From: Planctomycetota bacterium
GTDB taxonomy: Bacteria; Planctomycetota; JAJSAM01; JAJVHW01
Length of the DNA: 64,000 nt
Assembly (NCBI GenBank): GCA_965248445.1
Contig: CBDFJG010000003.1
Location: forward strand, 832,001 to 896,000
Reading direction: 5' to 3'
Under the pieces are notes generated by a model that saw only the letters and a list, made by a program, of their open reading frames with translations, was not told the origin of the DNA and searched no databases. Positions within the stretch are counted from its first letter, which is position 1, and each line of letters begins with the position of its first letter. Shown piece after piece: positions 29,056 through 38,989 of this stretch. The translations under genes were made by a program, and so were the position numbers.

Positions 29056-31050
29056 ATGCGATTCGAACGTGATCTCTGTTTGAACCTCACCGCCGCGCTC
29101 GGCCGTCACTGGCTGGAGACCGATGGACGTGGTGCCTACGCGTCCTCGACTGTCCTCGCCGTGCCGACGTCACGCTTCCATGGCTTGCTCGTGGCGCCTT
29201 CGCAGGAGCAGCCCGAACGCCACGTGTTCGTGTCGCGCTGCGAGGAGACATTCCGCGGGGACGGGCGAGAGTTCCCGATCTCGGATGCGCAGTTCCCCGG
29301 ATCGCTGCACCCGGGCGGCCACCGTTTCCTCAACGCGTTCGACCTCGACCCGACCGCCGCGGACCCTAATCCGCGCTACACGTACCGCATAGGACACGTG
29401 GTCGTGACCCGCGAGATCCGCATGCTGCGCGACCGTCCCGTCACGCTCGTGCGGTACACGGCCACCGGACAGCGCAAGCCAATCCAGCTCGGGCTGCGGC
29501 CGTTCCTGCCGTGCCGCCGGGCCGACGCGCTCACGTGGGTCAACGACAGCGTCGACGAGGGCGTGCGGTCCGTCGAGCGGGGAATCGTGTCACGCCCGTA
29601 CGAGGCGCTGCCCGAAGTCGCTCTGACGATCTCCCGCCAGGCCGCGTTCGCACGGAGTCCGAAATGGGTACGCGGGATCGAGTACGCGGACGATCTCGCG
29701 CGCGGCTACGACGGTCACGAGGACCTGTGGTCACCCGGAGAGTGGAGCGTTCCGCTCGAGTCGGGGGAGGATGTCGTGCTCGCCCTGACCATCGGCGAAC
29801 CGGTCGGCGATCCGGGCGGGGCGTGGCGGGCCGCCGCCCAACTCGCCGAGCCCGCGGGCAACGCTGAGGGCGTGCGGGCGACGCTCGAGGCCGCCTGCGA
29901 CCACTATCTCTACCGCGACCGGGACGGGCGCCCGGGAGTCATCGCCGGCTTCCCGTGGTTCGGCGAGTGGGGCCGCGACTCTCTGATCGCGCTGCCGGGG
30001 CTCACGCTTGCCCGAGGGGAGATCAAGGCATGCGGCGACGTGCTGACGGGGATGCTGCCCTGGTTGCGCGACGGCCGTCTCCCGAATGTGTTCGGCCCCA
30101 CGCCGGAGGCCAGCGACTACAACAAGGCCGTCGATCCCGCGATGTGGTTCGGCCGCGCCGTGCGGCTCTACGCGGACGCCGGCGGCGACGAGTCGCGCGT
30201 GCGCGACGTGCTCCTGCCCGCCCTGCTGGAGATCGGCGAGGCCCACCGGGGCGCCCGCGGCGACACGCTGATGTGTGACGGTGATGGCCTCCTGTTCGCT
30301 GGATCGGCGGACGTTGCGGCCACATGGATGGACGCCGTCGTCGACAACCGCCCTGTGACGCCGCGCAACGGCGCTCAGGTCGAGGTGAACGCGCTCTGGT
30401 ACGTGCTCGCGGACACGCTCGCGAACTTGCTGGAGGGATCCCCCGCCGCGGAGTGGTCCGGCTTCCGCGATCGTCTCGGTGAGGCGTTCCTGCGCCGATT
30501 CTGGCTTGAGCGGCGCAATCGGCTCGCGGACGTCCTGACGACGACCGGCGAGGACGACAGCGTCCGGCCGAATATGGTGATCGCGGCGGCTCTCGAACCG
30601 TCGCCTCTGAGCGCGGAGCAGCGCGCGACGGTCGCCGACCTTGCCCGTGCCGAGCTGCTGACGCCGTTCGGACTGCGCACGCTCTCGCCGCGCTACCTTC
30701 ACTACCGCGGCCGCTTCGAGGGCGATCAGGTTGCGCGCGACGACGCCTACCATCAGGGCACGGTGTGGCCGTGGCTCCTGGGCTTCTTCGTCGAGGCGGA
30801 ACTGCGCGGGCTCGGCCGGTCGCCGGAACTGGTCACGCGGCTCCGCGGCCTCCTGGACGGCTTCGCGACGCACCTCGGCGAGCACGGGCTCGGCCACGTC
30901 TCGGAGGTCTTCGACGGCGATCCGCCGCACCGCCCCGGCGGCTGCTTCGCGCAGGCGTGGAGCGTGGCCGAGATCGTCAGGGCGTACAGTCTGCTGGACG
31001 CGGACACTGGGCTGCTGGACGTGGACGAAACAGGGAGCGGTGCGGCATGA
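29056..31050 (+). CDS. Glycogen debranching enzyme (amylo-alpha-1,6-glucosidase, GH133/archaeal type)
   Basis: WLETDGRGAYASST...FHGLLVA, VIAGFPWFGEWGRDSLIALPGL, TWMDA...VTPRNG..VEVNALWY, AYHQGTVWPWL, QAWSVAE. Confidence 0.9.
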   Translation: MRFERDLCLNLTAALGRHWLETDGRGAYASSTVLAVPTSRFHGLLVAPSQEQPERHVFVSRCEETFRGDGREFPISDAQFPGSLHPGGHRFLNAFDLDPTAADPNPRYTYRIGHVVVTREIRMLRDRPVTLVRYTATGQRKPIQLGLRPFLPCRRADALTWVNDSVDEGVRSVERGIVSRPYEALPEVALTISRQAAFARSPKWVRGIEYADDLARGYDGHEDLWSPGEWSVPLESGEDVVLALTIGEPVGDPGGAWRAAAQLAEPAGNAEGVRATLEAACDHYLYRDRDGRPGVIAGFPWFGEWGRDSLIALPGLTLARGEIKACGDVLTGMLPWLRDGRLPNVFGPTPEASDYNKAVDPAMWFGRAVRLYADAGGDESRVRDVLLPALLEIGEAHRGARGDTLMCDGDGLLFAGSADVAATWMDAVVDNRPVTPRNGAQVEVNALWYVLADTLANLLEGSPAAEWSGFRDRLGEAFLRRFWLERRNRLADVLTTTGEDDSVRPNMVIAAALEPSPLSAEQRATVADLARAELLTPFGLRTLSPRYLHYRGRFEGDQVARDDAYHQGTVWPWLLGFFVEAELRGLGRSPELVTRLRGLLDGFATHLGEHGLGHVSEVFDGDPPHRPGGCFAQAWSVAEIVRAYSLLDADTGLLDVDETGSGAA

Positions 31051-32243
31051 GGGTTCTCGTACTGGGTTGGGAGTTTCCGCCGCACATCTCGGGCGGGCTG
31101 GGGACGGCCTGCCAGGGTCTCGTGGAGGGTCTCGTCTCCAACGGCGCCGACGTCACCGTCGTCCTGCCACGCGTCCACGGCGACGAGGCTGCCGGCGACG
31201 CGCGGATCGTCGACTGCGGTGTGCCCGAGAGTCCGCACCGCGAGGTGACCCTGGACGCCGCGCTGCTGCCGTACCTGACGGCGGAGCAGTACACACGGCT
31301 CGCCGAGCGCACCGGTCGTTCAGGCGAGTTCGGCGAGGACCTGTTCGCGGAGGTCGGCCGCTACGCGCGCGCCGTTCCAGCACACGTCGAGGGAACGTAC
31401 GACGTCGTGCACGCGCACGACTGGATGACGTTTCCGGCAGGAGCAGCGACAGCCAACAAGCTGGGCATCCCGCTCGTGCTGCACGTGCACTCGTGCGAGT
31501 ACGACCGCGCAGGCGATCAGGCGCACCCGCGCATTCTCGCTGTGGAACAGAAGGGGCTGGACGCCGCGGACCGCGTGATCTGCGTGAGCCGGTACACCGC
31601 GAACCAGCTCCGCGAGCGCTACGACGTCGATGCGAACAAGGTGCGCGTCGTCCACAACGCCGTCAGCGACTCCGGGAGCCCCGTCGTGCGCAAGCCGCAG
31701 ACGCGGCTCGACGAACCGATCGTCCTGTTCATGGGCCGTGTCACCGCCCAGAAGGGGCCGACCTACTTCCTCGAGGCCGCTGCGCTGGTCGCCCGGGAGC
31801 TGCCGAGCGTGAAGTTCGTGCTGGCCGGCGGAGGCGACATGCTCTCCGCGATGATCGAACGAGCGGCCGAGCTGGGACTCGCACGGCACGTGCACTTCAC
31901 GGGGTTCCTGCGGGGCCCCGAGGTGGACCGCATGTACGACGAGGCGTCCGTGTTCGTGATGCCGTCGGTCTCCGAGCCCTTCGGCATCGCGCCACTCGAG
32001 GCGCTCTCGCGCGACGTCCCGGTCATCGTCTCGCGGAACAGCGGAGTCTCCGAGGTGCTGGCGAACGTCCTGAAGGTCGACTTCTGGAACGTCGAGGAAC
32101 TGGCCGGCCACATCCTCGCGGTGCTGCGCCGACCGGAACTCGCGCAGCGGCTCGCGGAGGGCGGCCGCGAGGAGGTCAGGGGCTTGACATGGGAGCGGCA
32201 GGCCGCCCAGGTTCTCGACGTGTTCCGCGAGGTCACGCAGTGA
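31047..32243 (+). CDS. GT4 glycosyltransferase
   Basis: LGWEFPPHISGGLGTAC, HAHDWMT, GRVTAQKGP, MPSVSEPFGIAPLEA; ATGA overlap. Confidence 0.9.
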   Translation: MRVLVLGWEFPPHISGGLGTACQGLVEGLVSNGADVTVVLPRVHGDEAAGDARIVDCGVPESPHREVTLDAALLPYLTAEQYTRLAERTGRSGEFGEDLFAEVGRYARAVPAHVEGTYDVVHAHDWMTFPAGAATANKLGIPLVLHVHSCEYDRAGDQAHPRILAVEQKGLDAADRVICVSRYTANQLRERYDVDANKVRVVHNAVSDSGSPVVRKPQTRLDEPIVLFMGRVTAQKGPTYFLEAAALVARELPSVKFVLAGGGDMLSAMIERAAELGLARHVHFTGFLRGPEVDRMYDEASVFVMPSVSEPFGIAPLEALSRDVPVIVSRNSGVSEVLANVLKVDFWNVEELAGHILAVLRRPELAQRLAEGGREEVRGLTWERQAAQVLDVFREVTQ

Positions 32244-33466
32244 CGGAAGACGGGCAGGCCGGCGCCGCCCCGGCCGGCGGGCCGACGCCCGTCTGTCTGT
32301 ACTTCCACGTCCATCAGCCGTACCGCCTGCGCCGCTACTCGTTCTTCGACATCGCGCGCGAGTCGCGCTACTTCGATGACGGCGGCAACTCCATGATCGT
32401 GAAGCGCGTCGCCGAGCGCTGTTACCTGCCCATGAACGCGCTGCTGATGCGACTGGTCGAGCGTCACGGCGACCGATTCCGCTGGGCGATGTCGATCACC
32501 GGGACCGCTCTGACCCAGATGGCGGAGTGGGCGCCGAAGGCGCTCAACAGCTTCCGCGAACTCGCGGAGACCGGGTGTCTGGATCTCGTGTCCGAGACCT
32601 CGCACCACTCGCTCGCCTTCCTGACGAACCAGGACGAATTCAGGGCGCAGGTCGAGGCGCACACGGACAGTCTGGAACGCACGTTCGGCGTCCGGCCGCA
32701 CACGTTTCGCAACACCGAGCTCGTGATCGACGACCGCATCATGCGCGCAGCCGACGCGATGGGATTCAAGGCCGTGCTGGGCGAGGGCGCCGACCACCTG
32801 GTCGGCTGGCGCAGCCCGATGTCCGTCTACGAAGCCGCGGGGACGCGTGGCCTGAAGGTGCTGCTGCGCAGCTACGAATTCAGCGACGACATCGCGTTCC
32901 GCTTCTCGAATCGCGGCTGGAGCGAGTGGCCGCTGTCGGCGCAGAAGTTCACGCGCTGGCTGGATGACGTGCCCGCGGACGCGCAGCACATCGGCCTGTT
33001 CATGGACTACGAGACCGTCGGCGAGCACCAGTGGGAGGAGACGGGCATCTTCCACTTCATGGAGGAGATGCCGACCGAGGTGCTGGCGGGCGCGCGCTTC
33101 GCGTTCCGCACACCGTCCGAGGTGGCCGACGAGCAGCCGGCGACGGAGGTCCTCGAGATCCCCCACCCGGTGTCGTGGGCGGACGCCGAGCGCGATCTGT
33201 CCGCCTGGCTCGGCAATCCCATGCAGCGCGCCGCGCACGAAGCGCTCTACGAGCTGTACGCACCCGTCGTCGCGACCGGGTCGCCGGATCTGCTCGAACG
33301 GTGGCGCCGGCTGTCGACGTCGGACCACGTCTATTACATGTGCACGAAGGGCTGGTCGGACGGCGACGTGCACGCGTACTTCAGCCCTTACGAATCACCC
33401 CACGAAGCGCACGTCACGTTCATGAACGTGCTGGACGACCTGGCCCGCCGGGCCGGGGCTGCCTGA
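32240..33466 (+). CDS. GH57 alpha-amylase-type glycoside hydrolase
   Basis: YFHVHQPYRL, CYLPMN, FRNTEL, SDDIAFRFS, FMDYETVGEHQ, SWADAERDLSAWLGN; GTGA overlap. Confidence 0.9.
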   Translation: MTEDGQAGAAPAGGPTPVCLYFHVHQPYRLRRYSFFDIARESRYFDDGGNSMIVKRVAERCYLPMNALLMRLVERHGDRFRWAMSITGTALTQMAEWAPKALNSFRELAETGCLDLVSETSHHSLAFLTNQDEFRAQVEAHTDSLERTFGVRPHTFRNTELVIDDRIMRAADAMGFKAVLGEGADHLVGWRSPMSVYEAAGTRGLKVLLRSYEFSDDIAFRFSNRGWSEWPLSAQKFTRWLDDVPADAQHIGLFMDYETVGEHQWEETGIFHFMEEMPTEVLAGARFAFRTPSEVADEQPATEVLEIPHPVSWADAERDLSAWLGNPMQRAAHEALYELYAPVVATGSPDLLERWRRLSTSDHVYYMCTKGWSDGDVHAYFSPYESPHEAHVTFMNVLDDLARRAGAA

Positions 33467-33473
33467 GGACTGC

Positions 33474-36400
33474 ATGCCGGACTCGATCATCCCCGGACCC
33501 ACCCTTTTCGAGATCAGCTGGGAGGTCGCCCACCGCGTCGGCGGCATCCACACGGTCGTCTCCACCAAGGCGCGGACGCTCGCCGCGCGCTATCAGGGGG
33601 AACACCGCGACGACTACGTCGTGATCGGCCCCTGGCTGCTCGAACAGCACGATCCCGACGCGGTCCTCGACCCCGAACCTGCGTACGCGGACTTCGAGGA
33701 GTCCTGCCGCAAGCTGGGACTGCCGGTGCGCGTGGGCCGGTGGCGCGTACCGGGGCGGCCGCTCACGATCCTCGTGGAGTTCTCGTCCCTCTACGATCGC
33801 AAGGACGAGATCCTCGCCGATCTGTGGACGGAGCATCAGGTCGACTCCCTGTTCGGCGGCTGGTCGTACGTGGAGCCGGTGCTGTTCGGGCACGCCGCCG
33901 GCATGGTGATCGAGCACTGGTGGCGCGAGGTCGTGAACGGGCGCCGGCGCATCGCCGTCGTGCAGGCGCACGAGTGGATGACCGGCGCGGCGCTGATGTA
34001 CCTGTCGCGGCGGGTCCCCGAGATCGGAACCGTCTTCACGACCCACGCGACGGTCATCGGGCGCGCCGCCGCCGAGCGCGGTCTGCTCGGTGAGAACGCG
34101 CTCGGCGGCAAGACCCCGGCGGAGGCCGCCGCCGACCTCGGCGTGCGCGCCCGGCACTCCATCGAGGCGGCGTCCGCGCGACTGGCCGACGTCTTCACGA
34201 CGGTGAGCCGGATCGCAGCAGCGGAAGCCGCTGTCTTCCACGAACGCATCCCCGATCCGGTCCTGCCCAACGGCCTCGATCCCGACGTCCTCGCCGCGCG
34301 CATCGAGGGCGCCTCGCAGGAGACGGCGGCGGGCCGGCTGCGCGACGTCGCGTCACGCTTCCTCGGCGAGGACATGAGCGATGCAGCCGTCGTCTGCATG
34401 AGCGGACGCTACGAGTTCCGCAACAAGGGCATCGACGTCACGCTCGAGGCAGCCGCGGCTCTCAACCGGGAGCCGGGCCGCACGATCGTGCTGTTCCTGC
34501 TCGTGCCCGCCGGCAACTCGGGGTTGCGCCGGCGGGTGTCGGAGCGTCTCGCGGCCGCGGAGCCGGAGGGCGGCGGTCCAATCGGCATCTCGCTGCACCA
34601 CCTGCACGACTCCGACGGCGACCCGATCCTCGGGCGCTGCACCGAACTGGGCCTCGACAACGCACCCGGCTCGCGTGTGCGCATCGTGTTCTGGTCCGAC
34701 TATCTGCAGCCGGGGGACGGCATTCTCGGGCTGCGCTACGAGGCTGTGCTGCAGGGCGCCGACGCCACGTGCTTCCCGTCCTACTACGAGGCGTGGGGGT
34801 ACACGCCGCAGGAGAGCCTGGCCCTGGGCGTGCCGACCATCACCACCGACCTTGCAGGCTTCGGCCGCTGGGCGCAGGAGGAGGGTCTGGCCGGAGGCGA
34901 CTGCACGGTCGTGCTGGCACGACGGGATCGGGACGACGCCGACGTCGCCTTGGAGCTTGCCGCGACGCTCGAACGGCTGACGGACGCCGGCGTCGACCGC
35001 AAGACGCTGAACGACTGCTGTCGCACGGTCACGGCCGCCACGAACTGGTCCAAGCTGATCTCGGCGTACGACGACGCGCACGCCCGCGCCGCCGCCGCGG
35101 CGCAGGCGCGTGCGAGATCGCTGCCGGGCCCCCCGCCCAGTCATCGAGTGCCCGTGCGCTCGGCCGGTCAGAACGGTCGGCCACACGTGTTCGCACTGGA
35201 CGTCGAGACGCGCATCCCTCCGGCCATCGCGGGACTCGAGGAAATCGCGTCGAACTGGTGGTGGACGTCGGATGCGGCCGCGACGGCACTGTTCGAGGAG
35301 GTCTGCCCGGCGACCTGGGAGCGCGTCCGGCGCGCACCGATCCGGCTGCTGCGCGAGACGCAGCCCGCACGTCTCGAGGAACTGGCCTCGGACACCGAGT
35401 TCGTGGCGCGCGTCGACGAGACGGTCTCGCGTCTGCGGGCGTACCGCTCGCAAGCGCTGGACGAGCGCAACGTGTCGGCGCACCGGCCGGTCGCGTACGT
35501 CTGCGCCGAGTTCGGGCTCCACGAGTCGTTCCCGATCTACAGCGGCGGCCTCGGCGTGCTGGCCGGCGACCACCTCCGCGCGGCGAGCGACCTGGGCGTG
35601 CCGCTCGTCGCAGTCGGCCTGCTCTACAGGGCCGGCTACATGCGTCAGCGCCTGCGCGGGGGCATTCAGCAGGAGACCGAACCCGAGCGCGTGGATCCCG
35701 CCGACCTCCCTCTCACTGCCGCCGTAGACGCCGATGGCCGACCCGTCGAGGTCACGCTGCAACTGCCCGGCAGCGAGGTCGTCCTGCGCGCGTGGCGCAC
35801 GGACGTCGGCCGCGTACCGCTCTACCTGCTGGACGCCGACGTGCCGTCGAACCGGCAGGATGATCGGACCCTCACGCGGTCGTTGTACGACGGCGACCAG
35901 AGCATGCGTATTCGCCAGGAGATCGTGCTCGGTCTTGGCAGCGTACGGCTGCTGCGTGCCCTCGGCATCGAGCCGAGCGTTTACCACGTCAACGAGGGCC
36001 ACGGCGCGTTCACGGCGCTCGAGCGCGTGCACTGGCTCTTGCGGAACACGGGACTCAGCTTCGAGACCGCGCACGAGACCGTCCGCGCCACGACCGTCTT
36101 CACGACGCACACGCCCGTGCCCGCCGGACACGATGAATTCCCCGAAGACCTCGTGCGACGGTACTTCGGACACGCCGACCGCTGGTCCGGCGTGCCCTGG
36201 GAGCGCTTCATGGCTCTCGGAGAGGCAGTCGACAAGCCGGGCCAGTTCAACATGACCGGCCTGGCAGTGCGCTTCGCCGCGCGCGTCAACGGCGTGAGCG
36301 AGAGGCACGCCGAGGTGTCGCGGCCGCTGCTGCAGCGGTTTGCGCCGCAACTCATGGCAAGCGAGGTGCCGGTCCACTCCGTCACCAACGGCGTGCACCT

Positions 36401-37706
36401 CGGGCTGTGGACGCGGCCCGCGACGCGCGACGCCCTCGGCGCGTCGCGGTTCGATACGCTTGCCGATGCGTTCCGCGGCGCGACCGATTCGAGTGACGCT
36501 GCGCTCTGGCAGATGCGTGAGACGCTACGCAGCGACCTCCGCACGCACCTGATCGCGCACCTGCACAAGTCGTTCGCAGAACAGGGCGATTCGCCGGCGC
36601 TGCTCGGGCGCATCGAGGAGCAGCTGAAGCCGGACGCGCTCTACATCGGGTTCGCGCGGCGCTTCGCGACGTACAAGCGCGCAGGCCTCGTGTTCAGCGA
36701 GCCGGACCGCCTGCTCGACCTCCTCGACGATCCGGACCGGCCGGTGCGGCTTGTCATCGCGGGCAAGGCGCACCCGCGCGACACGGAGGCGCAGGAACTG
36801 CTCGCGCGCATCGGCACTCTCGCGCGTGACCCGCGATTCGTGGGACGCGTGATCGTGCTCGAGAACTACGACATGGGGGTCGCCCGCTGGCTCGTCGCGG
36901 GCGTGGACCTCTGGCTGAACACACCGAGGCGCCCCCTCGAGGCGAGTGGCACATCCGGGATGAAGGCGGCGGCCAACGGGGTCCTGAACCTGTCCGTCGG
37001 CGACGGCTGGTGGCTCGAGGGCGCCGACGGCGCCAACGGCTGGACCATCGGAGGCGATCACGGGCGGGACGCGACACCGGCGAACGATGCGCTGCACGAC
37101 GCGCACGACGCGACCAGCCTTCTCGGCCTCCTGCGGCACGAGGTGATCCCCGCGTTCTTCGAGCGCGACCAGCACGGACGGCCACCCGCGTGGCTGGCGC
37201 TCGTGCGCCGGTGCCTCGTCTCGCTGCCGCCGGCATTCGACGCCGCCCGGATGGTTGCGGAGTACCGCGAGTGGGCGTACGAACCGCTCGCGTCGGCCCA
37301 CGCGGACCTGGCACGCGACCGTTACAACGGCGCACGCGACGCTTTCCACGACCTGGAACGCGTCCGCCGCACGCTTCCGGCTGCGCGGATCACGTCGGCG
37401 TCCATCGGCGATGCGCACAGCGTCACCGTCGGCGACCGCCTGGAGGTCGAAGTCGAGATCGAACTCGGAGAACTCACCGACGGCGACGTCGTCGTCGAGG
37501 CGCTCGTCGGCCGCCGCGCGGACGACGGCGGCTTGGCCGAGGTCGAAGCCGTCCGCCTGACTCCGGACGGCGTGTCCGCCGCCGGCCACGCCCGCTACGT
37601 GGGAGCGTTGACCCCCCGCGAAGCGGGAGCCCTCGGGTATGCCGTGCGCATCCGACCCGACCGCGCCGGCGGCCCCGCGTTCGACGACCCCGTCGTCTGG
37701 GCCTGA
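33474..37706 (+). CDS. glgP: Fused GT3 glycogen synthase-like domain + alpha-glucan phosphorylase (GT35)
   Basis: N-half FEISWEVAHRVGGIHTV, GRYEFRNKG, FPSYYEAWGYTPQE; C-half YSGGLGVLAGDH, HVNEGH, FTTHTPVPAGH, ARRFATYKR, EASGTSGMKAAANG. Confidence 0.9.
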   Translation: MPDSIIPGPTLFEISWEVAHRVGGIHTVVSTKARTLAARYQGEHRDDYVVIGPWLLEQHDPDAVLDPEPAYADFEESCRKLGLPVRVGRWRVPGRPLTILVEFSSLYDRKDEILADLWTEHQVDSLFGGWSYVEPVLFGHAAGMVIEHWWREVVNGRRRIAVVQAHEWMTGAALMYLSRRVPEIGTVFTTHATVIGRAAAERGLLGENALGGKTPAEAAADLGVRARHSIEAASARLADVFTTVSRIAAAEAAVFHERIPDPVLPNGLDPDVLAARIEGASQETAAGRLRDVASRFLGEDMSDAAVVCMSGRYEFRNKGIDVTLEAAAALNREPGRTIVLFLLVPAGNSGLRRRVSERLAAAEPEGGGPIGISLHHLHDSDGDPILGRCTELGLDNAPGSRVRIVFWSDYLQPGDGILGLRYEAVLQGADATCFPSYYEAWGYTPQESLALGVPTITTDLAGFGRWAQEEGLAGGDCTVVLARRDRDDADVALELAATLERLTDAGVDRKTLNDCCRTVTAATNWSKLISAYDDAHARAAAAAQARARSLPGPPPSHRVPVRSAGQNGRPHVFALDVETRIPPAIAGLEEIASNWWWTSDAAATALFEEVCPATWERVRRAPIRLLRETQPARLEELASDTEFVARVDETVSRLRAYRSQALDERNVSAHRPVAYVCAEFGLHESFPIYSGGLGVLAGDHLRAASDLGVPLVAVGLLYRAGYMRQRLRGGIQQETEPERVDPADLPLTAAVDADGRPVEVTLQLPGSEVVLRAWRTDVGRVPLYLLDADVPSNRQDDRTLTRSLYDGDQSMRIRQEIVLGLGSVRLLRALGIEPSVYHVNEGHGAFTALERVHWLLRNTGLSFETAHETVRATTVFTTHTPVPAGHDEFPEDLVRRYFGHADRWSGVPWERFMALGEAVDKPGQFNMTGLAVRFAARVNGVSERHAEVSRPLLQRFAPQLMASEVPVHSVTNGVHLGLWTRPATRDALGASRFDTLADAFRGATDSSDAALWQMRETLRSDLRTHLIAHLHKSFAEQGDSPALLGRIEEQLKPDALYIGFARRFATYKRAGLVFSEPDRLLDLLDDPDRPVRLVIAGKAHPRDTEAQELLARIGTLARDPRFVGRVIVLENYDMGVARWLVAGVDLWLNTPRRPLEASGTSGMKAAANGVLNLSVGDGWWLEGADGANGWTIGGDHGRDATPANDALHDAHDATSLLGLLRHEVIPAFFERDQHGRPPAWLALVRRCLVSLPPAFDAARMVAEYREWAYEPLASAHADLARDRYNGARDAFHDLERVRRTLPAARITSASIGDAHSVTVGDRLEVEVEIELGELTDGDVVVEALVGRRADDGGLAEVEAVRLTPDGVSAAGHARYVGALTPREAGALGYAVRIRPDRAGGPAFDDPVVWA

Positions 37707-37736
37707 CCCCGCCATACCGAGACCGGTGACATGCGG

Positions 37737-38981
37737 CTACTCGTAGCGCAGCAGCCGGTGCGCAAGCTCTGCGTCGCGATCGACCTGCGCCAGGCTCTCG
37801 TGGACCAGGTAGAGCTCCCACGCCGCCGAGTCGAGGTCGCGGGTCAGTGGCGCCCGCGTCCCGGTCGGACGCAGCTTCCCGAAATCGTCGAAGGACGGGA
37901 GCGCGCGCACGTCGTCGGCGCCGAGCACGCGCCGGATGCGCGGCAGCTCGCGGGGTTGGATGCCGTGCACGACACGCGCTTCGAGCCGGTCATACCGCTC
38001 GAGATTGACGTCGCTCGACCTGAGCGGCATGTCGGCGAGGTAGTGGCACGCGGCCAATTCGAGCAGGTTGCGGCCGTGCAACTTCGATGCGAGGATCGCC
38101 AGGTTCCCGCCCGAGAAGCGTGCTCCGACCTCGATGAGACAAGGGCCGCGGTCGTCGACCTTGACCTCCATGTGAATCGGGCAGCGCCGCAGGCCGAGCG
38201 TCTCGACGACCTGCGCCGCGTAGGCACTCACGCGGCCGAACGCCGGCGCGGCCGTCCCGATCTTGAACGTCTGATAGAAGAGATTTGGGATGCCGTGGCT
38301 CGCACGGCGGTCGTAGACCCAGACGTCCGTCACGAGCACGTTGCTCGCCGCGTCCACCAGGCCGTTGATCACGAACTCCTCCCCACCGACGAACTCCTCC
38401 AGCAGCACCTCGCCGCTGCCGCTCTCGAGCACGCGCTGGCAGTCTCGGAGCAGTGCCTGGTCGGTCGCCGGGAAATAGACGTCCTCCGAACCCGAGCCGG
38501 CCGTGGGTTTGACGACGATGGGCCAACGCCCCAGCCGCCGCTGGAACGCGAGGGCGTCCTCGCCGCCGGTGGCGACGGCAGATGCATTCACACGGGCGCT
38601 CCCGTGCTCGCGCAGCCACGCCTTCATCACCGCCTTGTCCCGGCATCGCTCCATCACGCGCACTGAGTTCCAGTCGAGACCGAGGAGATCGCTCAGTCGG
38701 GCACCGTGCAGCACGGTCTCCTCGTCCCACGGGATGACGCCCTCGAGCACGGGGAAGTGCGCGTGGATCTCGGCGGCCAGCGCGCGCGTGCTCGGGAACT
38801 GCGCGGCCCGGTAAGTGGCGACGACGTACTCGCCCAGCTCCCGCGACCACTTGTCGCGCCAGAGGACGTACCGCATCTCGTCGGTGAACACGGCGACCGC
38901 GGCCTTGCCCACGCTGCCGCCCAGGAACTGCAGCAGTTCCCGCGGGTACTGGCCGACGGGGTCGAGGATCAGGTACGGCAT
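37737..38981 (-). CDS. ATP-grasp ligase, copy 5
   Basis: CRDKAVMK, WPIVVKPTAGSGS, EEFVGGEEF, HMEVK, IEVGARFSGG; paralog of 38990-40231. Confidence 0.9.
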   Translation of the reverse strand: MPYLILDPVGQYPRELLQFLGGSVGKAAVAVFTDEMRYVLWRDKWSRELGEYVVATYRAAQFPSTRALAAEIHAHFPVLEGVIPWDEETVLHGARLSDLLGLDWNSVRVMERCRDKAVMKAWLREHGSARVNASAVATGGEDALAFQRRLGRWPIVVKPTAGSGSEDVYFPATDQALLRDCQRVLESGSGEVLLEEFVGGEEFVINGLVDAASNVLVTDVWVYDRRASHGIPNLFYQTFKIGTAAPAFGRVSAYAAQVVETLGLRRCPIHMEVKVDDRGPCLIEVGARFSGGNLAILASKLHGRNLLELAACHYLADMPLRSSDVNLERYDRLEARVVHGIQPRELPRIRRVLGADDVRALPSFDDFGKLRPTGTRAPLTRDLDSAAWELYLVHESLAQVDRDAELAHRLLRYE

Positions 38982-38989
38982 AGTTCCGT

